64,000 bases of DNA, taken from the sequence record MG383452. One strand, 5' to 3'. The notes below the pieces were generated by a model. It saw only the letters and a list, made by a program, of their open reading frames with translations, had not been told where the DNA came from and made no database searches. The position numbers and the translations under genes are program-made. This document shows, piece by piece, positions 28,001 through 37,631 of this stretch. How positions within the stretch are numbered: position 1 is the stretch's first letter; every line of letters starts with the position of its first letter. This stretch comes from Escherichia phage FEC14.

Positions 28001-30761
28001 TAGAAGAATCCAATATACGGTAACTAATTAACTTAGTAGGGTCTACAGGATTAATCAGGTTGTAGTACCGTGAAGCTACATAATCATTCTCAGAAGAGAA
28101 CATACCAACATACACTTTAGCACCTACACCAGAACAGGCATCCCCACCAGCATTGCTATCCGAGAAGAATGTTAATGAAGAAGTTAATCCGAATATAGAA
28201 TTAAATGGTACAGCTAAATAAGCGCCTCGGAATGACCGTCTGATTCTCTTACCCGTCTGAATATTAAGAATACTCCACCAGAAATATCCAGGTTTAGCAC
28301 CAATAGCTATATGATATGGCACACCACTTTGTAGTTTAAGGTCGTTAGGTAAATCCCCAGATAAAATTTGGGTTGTACCATCGCCCCCCAATAGCAAAGC
28401 AATTGTTTGTTTTCCAGAAGCGTCTATAACTAATTGAAGATGAAGACTGTTGGATGTATCACTAAACCCTGAACCAATGGCCATGAAGTTAAATACTTCA
28501 GCTCCAGATATGGTGGGTACTACAACAGCAGCCATGGTAATACCTTCTGGACCTGCTGTTCTTGAATACAGTAATTTATCTTTGTTGGCTTGTGATAGTC
28601 TCAGACCATTTACTTGCCCTACAGAAGATGGGACACTTACATAAACAGGTGTAGTGCTAACACCATCAAATGTAGGGGTCTCGTTCATGGTTTGCAAACC
28701 AGTCTTGGAATAATTAACCAATCCGTTAATGCTCAGGTCGGAATTGGTGGGGTTGATAATATTGTTATCACCAATAAAGTTAATGCCCATATAACCAGTC
28801 TCAACCACACCATTAATGGTGACACTACAATCATTAGACAGGAACTGAAAATTGCCTGCACTAGAGTTAGCACCTGAACCACTATTCGCGGCATAATTGA
28901 GTCCTACGAATCCGTTGATAACTGCATCACTTTTGTTAAATACGATGTTGTAGAAAGTGTTGTTAGCATTGATGCCGTTACGATTGGTGTTCAATCCGTT
29001 CATGGAAATTGAATATGACTCGCTAATCTCAATACCATTCCCGCCACAATCTTGTACCTCAATACCATTAATAACCATATTCTGGCTGTTATTAATAGTA
29101 ATGCCTGGAAACTGTCCTACTGTACCATAAGGTTGCCAGTTAGCCCAAATGAATTTACCGCCAATAATACGACCATTACCACAACCATCAAGAACTAGAC
29201 ATTGTTTACCGCAGGTATTAACCTGGATATTTGTCCAAGTCCAATCAGTAGTAGCACAACGGACACCCACCTGATTGATGTGGTTGACTAAAAGAGAATC
29301 TGTAGTAACACTAAAGTTACCACTATCAATATTTAACCCATATTCATCAAAACCTGCTATATGGACCTTAGAAATACACAAGTCCCGTCTTGGGTCTGCG
29401 GTAGTGTGGAACGGATAATCGGCTGAGAGACCTGAAGGAGTTTCTACATAGATACCTGTTGTGCCCGCAGTAAATGACGTGCCTTGTTGTGCACCTGTGC
29501 CATATACCCCAAAGGCGTCTAATACAATAAGGGAGCATGTATCTTTTATGGTAATACAATTCCCAGTAGCAGAAGGCAACTGATGCAACCTTGAGTAATG
29601 TAATCCAGACCCATAAATAGACGACGTATTATATTTTAACTGGATATTGCTAACGTAATGTACACCAGTTAATTGTGTGGCCTTACCACTATCCACACAA
29701 GATTGTACTGGAATAGTATCATCATTAGAACCACCCAAAGCACCAAACATGAATGGGTTAACTCTATCAGCATTAACACGTAACCATGCTGCGCCGCCAA
29801 CAGTTTTGATCACAGTACCGTTATTATCAGTCTTTCCTGTACCATCAATTAACGCACGGAATACCCCTCCACCAAGAAGAGTACCCGCAGTGTGTTGCTT
29901 AAGAATAATGCGTTGTCCATCCATAGTGGGTTCAGTATTCCTGAGATCAGCAACAGAATGGCATTCTCCAATATACTTGGCACCATCATTGCGCCCCAGA
30001 GTGTTTATCACATTAATAAATGAATCTTCTAAAGGCAACAAATCAACCTGCACATCACCTGGGTTGTAATTCAATTTCCCAGCAGATACAGAAGAAATGA
30101 CAGAACCATCAGGAATGGTTGGTAAACCATAACTGGTTTGCGTCGCTATATCATAAACAACTTTCTTCCCATCCAACAAAGATATGGTGTCCGTACTAAC
30201 GATGACTTCAGAGTCTTTTACATTAGCAGAACGGGCGATTTCTTGAATACTTCGGTCAAACGCCGGACTGATATTCGGTTGTTTAACAGACATTTCAGCG
30301 ACTACCCAAACGCCTGCAGTCAGTGCAGTTTGCAAAGACACTTTCCCTGTCGTGCTGTTATAGGAATATTCAATTTCGGGTGTTTTGTACTCGCCACCGA
30401 TATAAAGAGATTGGACACCATAGGATGTGAAATCAGGAGTGAACTCGGTTTCACCCCCTACGGCTTGAAATTTGTATATGCGGATACCTTTGGCTGTATC
30501 TTCTGGCGAAAGAATTTTATCGAATAAGCAATACACAACATCGCCTTTGGACAATGCGCGCCCGAGATTCAACGTATTTCCTTCGATTTCAAAGTTGTCT
30601 AACGGAACTTGCATACCACCGTTGATTGTGACTACGCCAGTGACAGGATAGAACGGCAAGGAAAGGAAAGTTTCTCCACCAACATTTGATTTATACGTGA
30701 AAGGAATCTGGTGGGGAGCTGTGATTACGCCGCCGAATAATTCTTCTACATTTCTGGTCAT
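27996..30761 (-). CDS. tailspike protein 2 (right-handed beta-helix-like)
   Basis: 921 aa from the ATG preceded by GGGGTATTTTCAA, matching the start context of the other tailspikes. Gly/Asn-rich repeats (GGKFIWANW...NGIEVQDCGGNGIEI) typical of beta-helix fibres. Confidence 0.7.
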   Translation of the reverse strand: MTRNVEELFGGVITAPHQIPFTYKSNVGGETFLSLPFYPVTGVVTINGGMQVPLDNFEIEGNTLNLGRALSKGDVVYCLFDKILSPEDTAKGIRIYKFQAVGGETEFTPDFTSYGVQSLYIGGEYKTPEIEYSYNSTTGKVSLQTALTAGVWVVAEMSVKQPNISPAFDRSIQEIARSANVKDSEVIVSTDTISLLDGKKVVYDIATQTSYGLPTIPDGSVISSVSAGKLNYNPGDVQVDLLPLEDSFINVINTLGRNDGAKYIGECHSVADLRNTEPTMDGQRIILKQHTAGTLLGGGVFRALIDGTGKTDNNGTVIKTVGGAAWLRVNADRVNPFMFGALGGSNDDTIPVQSCVDSGKATQLTGVHYVSNIQLKYNTSSIYGSGLHYSRLHQLPSATGNCITIKDTCSLIVLDAFGVYGTGAQQGTSFTAGTTGIYVETPSGLSADYPFHTTADPRRDLCISKVHIAGFDEYGLNIDSGNFSVTTDSLLVNHINQVGVRCATTDWTWTNIQVNTCGKQCLVLDGCGNGRIIGGKFIWANWQPYGTVGQFPGITINNSQNMVINGIEVQDCGGNGIEISESYSISMNGLNTNRNGINANNTFYNIVFNKSDAVINGFVGLNYAANSGSGANSSAGNFQFLSNDCSVTINGVVETGYMGINFIGDNNIINPTNSDLSINGLVNYSKTGLQTMNETPTFDGVSTTPVYVSVPSSVGQVNGLRLSQANKDKLLYSRTAGPEGITMAAVVVPTISGAEVFNFMAIGSGFSDTSNSLHLQLVIDASGKQTIALLLGGDGTTQILSGDLPNDLKLQSGVPYHIAIGAKPGYFWWSILNIQTGKRIRRSFRGAYLAVPFNSIFGLTSSLTFFSDSNAGGDACSGVGAKVYVGMFSSENDYVASRYYNLINPVDPTKLISYRILDSSI

Positions 30762-30770
30762 TTGAAAATA

Positions 30771-30810
30771 CCCCATAAAGGATTTGCCAATATGGGGTAT
30801 TTAGGCTGAA
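30771..30810 (-). promoter_or_regulatory. late promoter CTAAATAcccc fused to a 5' hairpin whose 3' arm GGGGTATTT precedes the ATG
   Basis: Minus strand reads cagcCTAAATAccccatattggcaaatcctttatggggtattttcaaATG; inverted repeat taccccata / tatggggta. Confidence 0.5.
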
Positions 30811-30866
30811 CTAATAAAATTTATAATAAGATCCCCCCGCTTTTGGCGAGGAGGGATGGTTGTTAA

Positions 30867-32999
30867 TCATATCAATCCGTAAATGACATTGTGTATTGCG
30901 ATACCACCAACAATAGAGGAAACATTGAAATTAATTTCAGCTTTGTAAGCTCCTGGCGGAACGCAATCCACCAAAGCATAAAAGTTGAACGTGTTTCCTA
31001 CTGGGATGTTATATCCTATGGAATCCGCGACAGCATTTCCTTGCTGGTCCAGGAATCTAATTGATGCCAGGGTGGTGGTTGTATTTTTAGCCCAAAAACC
31101 AAGTTGAAAATAACGCCCAGGCTCACAGTCAATGATTGTCTGGGTGAAATTAGCCGCTGCACCCACTGATGGTACGGATAAGACAAAAGAAGTTGAAAAC
31201 ATTAAATCATTAGGGACATCATTTCCTACAGTAGCGGTGACAACGCCGGATCCAGTTTGTGACAGCGCCCAGTTAGATATATTATTAAACTGTCCTGAAC
31301 CGTTACTAATACTGTTTATATGAGGGCTTACAATGCATCCTAAATCCCAGTTACTTGTGATAAATCCTGCGCGTGGATAGCAACCTCTAGACATTACTTT
31401 TTTACTTAATCCGCCTATCAACTGCCTTGTGGCAAATCCAGTAGCAATCGTTGTATTCCCATAGAGTGGTAGCGAACAATTATTTAGAATAACAACCCCA
31501 TCCCCGTTGTTTACAATAGGTACTGTAGAATAATCATTTGGCAACAGTATCGTCGAATCACTGATGCTTAATCGTGAACTACCATCCACAGTAAACCCAA
31601 CGAAACTCTGACCTGGTTGATACTCAATGTTACCGTTTGTGAAAACCATAGTTGCGTTATCAGATAACGCGACAACAGGGTCAAAATATCCTGATTTTTT
31701 ACCTGCTGGCAGAGAGCAGCTATCGAATATAAATTGACCATTAACAAACGTGAAAGGTCCACCGTTGTCAACCATCCAACAATGATTAAATTTTATAACC
31801 TCACCGGAATTCGCTGGTGAATTGAAAATAACAGAATTTGTAAAACTTCTGGACAACGTACATTTATCAAAAAGAATACGATATGCATTATCAAGAAACT
31901 CAATTCCGGCAGTTGAGATAAACCCGCAATTAGATATTCTTAACTCTGAGACTTCTCCACTGGTAGAACCACCGATCGCCAATTTCCTGGTCCCTTTTCC
32001 AACAAATGACACTCCAGTCATTAACGCAGTTGCGTTAATTACATCTCTATTGGTGTAATCCGTGTCTGTATTAACAATGGTTAGATAGTAGCCGCCCGTT
32101 GCAGATGCAGATTCTATTAGAGTACATTTATTTTTTCCAATAAGTGCACCTTTTGCTATATCAAAAATAATCGGTGTTGTTATCTCACCAGAAACAGGGA
32201 CTACACAGTCAAATCCGACGGCATTTATTTTATTGATGAATATAGCCAAATCTCCGGTTCCTGTATAACCAGCTTCGTACACATCCACCACACCGTTGAA
32301 TAATTTCCTTTTCCAAACGACACCATTGCCTTGGAAAGTAACGATATTATCTACCACAGTATCTGAGTTAACAGCCACCATAACACCGCCACCAAGATTA
32401 AACCCGTCAACATACGAATCAAGAATTATAGAATCACCAATTAATCCTGCTATTGATGATAATTCAGAAACTGATGATACGGTTCCTATATAAGATAAGC
32501 CATTCGGTTTATTTAAATTACTTTTCAGAGATGCAACACCAACACTCAACCATGCACCTAAACCAACGCCACCAGATGTTTCAGGTGTTGAGCCAGCATC
32601 GACAGTTTTAGGAAGTGAACCATCCCATCGATATTTTTTATCATCGTGAACAAGAAGTTCATTTTTCACATTAATGATATGGCCGAAATTAAAAGAACCA
32701 GGTAAAGTCACATATTCTTCGCGGCTTACTGCTAATTCCCCAAGGTCAACAGAGCCAGCGGAATGAGTGAGGATGGCTTGTTCGTTCAGGCTTATCGCAG
32801 TCGTTCCTGAAACAATACCCGAAGGAAGAGAATAAGCCCGTTGGGTAGACTCATCATAAATTACTTTAAATCCACCGAGATCAATACCGACAGTGAAATA
32901 AATGACTTCGTCTTCTTTGACACCGAAATTTCGAGCGATAGATTGTTTGTTAACTTCTATGGAAGTGGAGCCGCGTGGTTGATTGAATTGAGAAATCAT
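30867..32999 (-). CDS. tailspike protein 3
   Basis: N-terminus MISQFNQPRGSTSIEVNKQSIARNFG... is paralogous to the tailspike 1 N-terminal module; beta-helix-like body. Confidence 0.7.
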   Translation of the reverse strand: MISQFNQPRGSTSIEVNKQSIARNFGVKEDEVIYFTVGIDLGGFKVIYDESTQRAYSLPSGIVSGTTAISLNEQAILTHSAGSVDLGELAVSREEYVTLPGSFNFGHIINVKNELLVHDDKKYRWDGSLPKTVDAGSTPETSGGVGLGAWLSVGVASLKSNLNKPNGLSYIGTVSSVSELSSIAGLIGDSIILDSYVDGFNLGGGVMVAVNSDTVVDNIVTFQGNGVVWKRKLFNGVVDVYEAGYTGTGDLAIFINKINAVGFDCVVPVSGEITTPIIFDIAKGALIGKNKCTLIESASATGGYYLTIVNTDTDYTNRDVINATALMTGVSFVGKGTRKLAIGGSTSGEVSELRISNCGFISTAGIEFLDNAYRILFDKCTLSRSFTNSVIFNSPANSGEVIKFNHCWMVDNGGPFTFVNGQFIFDSCSLPAGKKSGYFDPVVALSDNATMVFTNGNIEYQPGQSFVGFTVDGSSRLSISDSTILLPNDYSTVPIVNNGDGVVILNNCSLPLYGNTTIATGFATRQLIGGLSKKVMSRGCYPRAGFITSNWDLGCIVSPHINSISNGSGQFNNISNWALSQTGSGVVTATVGNDVPNDLMFSTSFVLSVPSVGAAANFTQTIIDCEPGRYFQLGFWAKNTTTTLASIRFLDQQGNAVADSIGYNIPVGNTFNFYALVDCVPPGAYKAEINFNVSSIVGGIAIHNVIYGLI

Positions 33000-33005
33000 G
33001 ATAAT

Positions 33006-33045
33006 ACCCCATAAAGGATGACCAATATGGGGTATTTAGTCTGAA
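33006..33045 (-). promoter_or_regulatory. late promoter CTAAATAcccc plus hairpin plus GGGGTATTATC-ATG
   Basis: Minus strand reads cagaCTAAATAccccatattggtcatcctttatggggtattatcATG. Confidence 0.5.
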
Positions 33046-33069
33046 CTAATCAAATTTATGAACAAAGGT

Positions 33070-33100
33070 ATAATAAGAACCCCGCCGAAGCGGGGTTCTT
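33070..33100 (-). terminator. terminator hairpin downstream of tailspike 4
   Basis: gaaccccgccgaagcggggttc followed by a T-rich tract. Confidence 0.55.
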
Positions 33101-33101
33101 A

Positions 33102-36100
33102 TTATGATTCTATAATTTTATAGGATAGAGAAACATTACCATCAACTGGAGCAGCATCGATTCCTGTCGGTCTTGTTGCGGTCTTAACCATGACACCAGC
33201 GATAGTTTGTCCAGCAGTTGCACCAATATACTTAGAGCAATTTACTGAATAAAATAATTGCCTGTATTCAATATTACCTTGAACCTCACTTAGAACAACA
33301 TAGGCCGCACCAGCATTAACTGAACAGTTTGTGTGTATGTTTACCTTCTCCCCTGTGGACACTCTGAACATATGACCACCATCTGTAGATATTCCAGAAA
33401 GGCCGATTAGTGATAATGTGCCACCTGCTTTAATAAGGAAACTACTACCAGAATTTGCTTTTAAGCTCCCAGGACCTTCAAACACCACCATCGGCAGTTC
33501 TGTGTTAGATGTAATAACTGATTCTCCAGCATTAAGGTAAACACTTTTACACCTAAAAAGCTGGCATATTTTCGCAATATTAGTTAATTCACGTATAGGT
33601 TTAGTTCCATTGGTCCCCCAGTTATAATTATTACCATTCACTGGGTCTATATAAAGAGTATCTGCTTTTACACCAACAACATCTTTGATATAGAAAATGT
33701 CACCAACTTCCCCAAATTGGAATTGACTTCCCATGTTTGTACAGTCCAGTACCAATGTGGGGTAATTACCAGTACCCCTAACGAGTTTTACGCCACTTAC
33801 TGGCATTTGTCCTCTAACAACATTTCTGGCAGTTTCTGGGCAGTTTTTAAGGAAGTACATACTATCTAGATCAGGGTCTTGTCCTGAAAGACCCACTCCT
33901 GACAACGTAACATCCGAACTGGTATTGATAAGATAGAAACTATGTTTTTTCTTCCCGCCAGATGACTCAATATGGGGTTTATCAACCATAAATAAACCAT
34001 AGGAATCAGTATCTCGACCAGCGTGAACAAAGTCGAAGGATGCTTGTTCGATGATTGGGCTATTAAACTTAACCTCTGAACCTGCAAACTGAGTGACGGC
34101 AACATCACCTACCTCAGTAAATCCTGCTGGTTTATACACCGCTTGTTCCAACTCACCATTAGTATTACCAAGGCGAGAAATGTAAGCATTGTTTACAGCA
34201 GCACCGCCATTAGAGTCAATGAACACTGCGCCCTGAGTTTTATACAGGATACGTAGATTTTCATGAACAGAACCCCATGATGCTGACTGCAACAATCCTA
34301 CTCTTGGCAGTCTTGCTGTTGTAATATCGCTCCCTGTATTCTCCCCAATGGATAACCCTTTTGTAGTGCAACCTGCCCCACCTATCCATTTAACACCAAC
34401 CTTTACACCTGGTGCTGTAATCAGGTTAAGGTTACTAATATCAATTTTTCTGGCACATGTTACAGCGTCCCCATTATCAATATCTAACCCAGTAGGATAA
34501 TAATCTACATCTTTATTGAGTTTGTATGAACCATCAGGCTGTTTACGGTACACCATTAAGCTGATTGCTGCTGTATTCTTATCTACTGGGTCATAAAACA
34601 ATCCTTGCTTACACTCACGAGTAAAAAAGTTTGGTGCAGGCATTTCAATTGAAACACCTGGAGGTATGTATAGCGTCTCTGTGAAACGGTATAACTTGGT
34701 CAGGTTAATTTTTACTGCTACTTTCTCCATGTACGAGTTTACAGCCGCAGCATCAGGAAGTGTTTCAGGAACGTTGTTTATGTCTGAAAGCATTTCTTTT
34801 AATTTTGAAGTATCGTCAGCTATTCCGTCGCCTACCGCATTGTACTGTTCAGGTGTGCGTACAGTTAATACATTATTTAGCGTCCCGTGCGGATGAACTC
34901 CAATCAACGATCCATTACCGTTTGCCAGTTGTGTTCTCAATGAGGCATCACCAACACTAATCCATGCGCCAACACCAACGCCGCCTGTTGTCGCAGGAGT
35001 TGAGCCAGGAGCAACGGTTTTAGGAAGTGTACCATCCCAACGATACTTTCCATCCGTGTGAGTGAGTAATTCATTTTTAACATTGATGACAGCACCAGAA
35101 TCAAATGTCCCAGACAATGTTACGTATTCTTCACGAGATACAGCTAATGCGCCCAGATCAACACTACCAGCAGAATGCACAAGTACAGCCGAAGAACTAA
35201 GGCTGACTGCCGTGGTTCCAGTCGGTAGCTCTGGAATAAAATATGATCTCTGTGTTACTTTATCATAGATAACTTTATATCCACTTAACACAGCACCAAC
35301 ACTAAAATAAATGACCTCTGTATCTTTAACATTGGTTACACGAGCCACTTCCCGCAAAGTATAATCAATTTGATTATAGATGTTTGGCGTTCCATTGATA
35401 ATTACAACAACTTCATCCTCCGCATCCAGTTCTTGCGCAAGAGTGATTTTACTGGTTAATGGATCGAATGTGAACCCCAGATTTTTATACTGGCGACTTC
35501 CGTTTATATCAATGGCCGGAACATCATCAACAACGATGTCTAGCGTTATTTCGGTTTCGCCACCGATAGCGGATCCGCCATTGTAAATCCAGGTGATTGC
35601 AGAAGCGCCCGAACCCCCGCCGCCAGTGCCCAATTGAATAGGAGTATATTCAATCACCTGAAGTTCTGTGTTGGCTGGCAAAGAAGGACTGAAAGTGATT
35701 ACATTCCCATCTAGTGAATATTTGGATTCCGCAAGACGTTTTCCGTCAGTATACACGTCCACGATTGTTGGTGGAGTATTGAGAGTGACAGCACTTGTTT
35801 CAGACGCCAAAATTTGTGTAAAGATTTCACGACTGTAGACACGGCCTTGGCCAAGACCGACGCCGGATGTGATAACCCAACCTTGTTCAGGTCCAGACCA
35901 AGTGAACGTTGCTGATACGTTATCAGTTGTTATAGCCATGTCTTCAGTGGAGCCATACAAATTATTTCCAGAAGGAGACACGGTCAATGGGTAAGTGGCA
36001 AATTTCCCATAAGCATCACAAATAGTAACGGAATCCCCAATACGCGTAGGGGAAGGGAGAACCACTGTAGATGTCCCTGTGGTATTATTAATGAGATATC

Positions 36101-36392
36101 CACGACCTTCTAACAAATTGCTAGAGGGAGCGTGAGGGAGCGTTTCCCAGCGTATTCCACCACCCCCCAAAGACAACCAACCACCGTTTTCGTAATAACC
36201 TTCAAATTCATCACTATCAGGATTGTAACGCACAGAAGATGGAAGACCTGTAACTTCAGTATCTTCAGGAAATGTCATTACGGCACCAGGGGAATGCTCA
36301 ATAGTGCCGGAGTTGTTGAAGCCTTTTATGTTCGAAGACTCAGAAGTTTCTAAACCCAAAGGGAAAAGAGGCTGTGTTGGTTTGTTGGCCAT
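33102..36392 (-). CDS. tailspike protein 4 (1096 aa) carrying an internal copy of the shared tailspike module
   Basis: Residues about 335-480 (VKDTEVIYFSVGAVLSGYKVIYDKVTQRSYFIP...) repeat the N-terminal module of tailspikes 1 and 3. Confidence 0.7.
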   Translation of the reverse strand: MANKPTQPLFPLGLETSESSNIKGFNNSGTIEHSPGAVMTFPEDTEVTGLPSSVRYNPDSDEFEGYYENGGWLSLGGGGIRWETLPHAPSSNLLEGRGYLINNTTGTSTVVLPSPTRIGDSVTICDAYGKFATYPLTVSPSGNNLYGSTEDMAITTDNVSATFTWSGPEQGWVITSGVGLGQGRVYSREIFTQILASETSAVTLNTPPTIVDVYTDGKRLAESKYSLDGNVITFSPSLPANTELQVIEYTPIQLGTGGGGSGASAITWIYNGGSAIGGETEITLDIVVDDVPAIDINGSRQYKNLGFTFDPLTSKITLAQELDAEDEVVVIINGTPNIYNQIDYTLREVARVTNVKDTEVIYFSVGAVLSGYKVIYDKVTQRSYFIPELPTGTTAVSLSSSAVLVHSAGSVDLGALAVSREEYVTLSGTFDSGAVINVKNELLTHTDGKYRWDGTLPKTVAPGSTPATTGGVGVGAWISVGDASLRTQLANGNGSLIGVHPHGTLNNVLTVRTPEQYNAVGDGIADDTSKLKEMLSDINNVPETLPDAAAVNSYMEKVAVKINLTKLYRFTETLYIPPGVSIEMPAPNFFTRECKQGLFYDPVDKNTAAISLMVYRKQPDGSYKLNKDVDYYPTGLDIDNGDAVTCARKIDISNLNLITAPGVKVGVKWIGGAGCTTKGLSIGENTGSDITTARLPRVGLLQSASWGSVHENLRILYKTQGAVFIDSNGGAAVNNAYISRLGNTNGELEQAVYKPAGFTEVGDVAVTQFAGSEVKFNSPIIEQASFDFVHAGRDTDSYGLFMVDKPHIESSGGKKKHSFYLINTSSDVTLSGVGLSGQDPDLDSMYFLKNCPETARNVVRGQMPVSGVKLVRGTGNYPTLVLDCTNMGSQFQFGEVGDIFYIKDVVGVKADTLYIDPVNGNNYNWGTNGTKPIRELTNIAKICQLFRCKSVYLNAGESVITSNTELPMVVFEGPGSLKANSGSSFLIKAGGTLSLIGLSGISTDGGHMFRVSTGEKVNIHTNCSVNAGAAYVVLSEVQGNIEYRQLFYSVNCSKYIGATAGQTIAGVMVKTATRPTGIDAAPVDGNVSLSYKIIES

Positions 36393-36397
36393 TTGTA

Positions 36398-36436
36398 ATA
36401 CCCCTAAATGTATTCATGTCATCTAGGGGTATTTAG
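36398..36436 (-). promoter_or_regulatory. late promoter CTAAATAcccc plus hairpin plus GGGGTATTACAA-ATG
   Basis: Minus strand reads aaaaCTAAATAcccctagatgacatgaatacatttaggggtattacaaATG. Confidence 0.5.
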
Positions 36437-36438
36437 TT

Positions 36439-37629
36439 TTAGAAAGAAGCTGCAATAGAATAGTCGACAGAACAAGCAGTTGTCGTGTTTGCATTAACAA
36501 CGGAAATTCTCAATTTACCACCCACCACAGCCCCTGTGAACGTCACTGTACCGCTCGTACTTTTCTGAACCAACAACTCTGTTTTGATCGTTCCGTCACG
36601 AGTTATGGTTACTCGATATGTGTCAACAACGTTACCTGTCCCCCATTGCGCAGTTACCAGTATTTGACAAAGGTTCACCAAATCAAAATCTGGAAGAGCC
36701 GTCGTTCCAGAAGCCGAAACCGTGTATGACGACAAATTCGTTTTGGTACGATAAACGGCGTTCCCCAAACTATTGTCGATAGAGGTCATCTTGGCATTAT
36801 ACGTTGATACACTAACTTTATCACTGGAAAGAGAACTGATGCTGTTATCCAGAGATGTCATCTTCGTGTTGTACGTGCTAACCTCGACTTTATTACCCAG
36901 AGACGTATTGATATTGGAGATACTCAAATCCAATGACGCCATCTTAGTGTTGTAAGTCGAGGTGTTGACTTTCCCGTTCAACGACGTGTTGATGTTATTA
37001 ATCTGGGACTCTAAACTCAGCATATCTGCATCATACGCTGTCGTTGTCACATATCCATTAAATCGGTTATCTGCAAACAACGCATCAAAAAATGCAGTCA
37101 TTGTCCAATAACGCGCTCCAGAATCTGTTTGCACTGGAACTGAAGTCGGCAACGTTGGTCCGGTATACGCAGACAATCTGGTGAAATCCAAATTGAATTT
37201 GTAATATCCGGATGTCAACAACTCCCCAGCCAAACCAGAACCAGGCGGGGTAGTGTCTTCACTGACGCCATGCTTTCTCAACATGCTCAGGTTAACACCA
37301 TCTGTCGAGTTCGTTGGTTCATCTGTGATTGAAACGGATTTTCCAGCAGGGACTTGTATACCCCCATTGGTCACCAACAAAGCATTGAAAGTCTTTTTGC
37401 CATTGATTGTTTGTTCACCACTATCTGTCCGAATAACTTTGTTGGCCAAAGTATCATTGATTGTGTCAACAGATCTTTTCAACTCGTATGTCAGGCGAGC
37501 AGACGGTGGAAACAATGGGTCGCTGACTTCAAAATCATCAATGACGTCGTTTTTACTTACTTTGTCGTCAACAGAACCCAATATCTGATCTATCTGCTGA
37601 CCTGTATATTGACTCAGGAAATCGGCCAT
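36439..37629 (-). CDS. tail fibre-like protein with internal tandem repeats
   Basis: 396 aa with repeated ...STYNTKM(A/T)SLD.SISN... units and an AAGGAG RBS. Confidence 0.55.
   Translation of the reverse strand: MADFLSQYTGQQIDQILGSVDDKVSKNDVIDDFEVSDPLFPPSARLTYELKRSVDTINDTLANKVIRTDSGEQTINGKKTFNALLVTNGGIQVPAGKSVSITDEPTNSTDGVNLSMLRKHGVSEDTTPPGSGLAGELLTSGYYKFNLDFTRLSAYTGPTLPTSVPVQTDSGARYWTMTAFFDALFADNRFNGYVTTTAYDADMLSLESQINNINTSLNGKVNTSTYNTKMASLDLSISNINTSLGNKVEVSTYNTKMTSLDNSISSLSSDKVSVSTYNAKMTSIDNSLGNAVYRTKTNLSSYTVSASGTTALPDFDLVNLCQILVTAQWGTGNVVDTYRVTITRDGTIKTELLVQKSTSGTVTFTGAVVGGKLRISVVNANTTTACSVDYSIAASF
36785..37010 (-). repeat. about 57-bp tandem repeats (3-4 copies) inside the tail-fibre gene
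   Basis: Repeated DNA units ...catcttggcattatacgttgatac... / ...catcttcgtgttgtacgtgctaac... / ...catcttagtgttgtaagtcgaggt... corresponding to 19-aa protein repeats. Confidence 0.5.
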
Positions 37630-37631
37630 TT

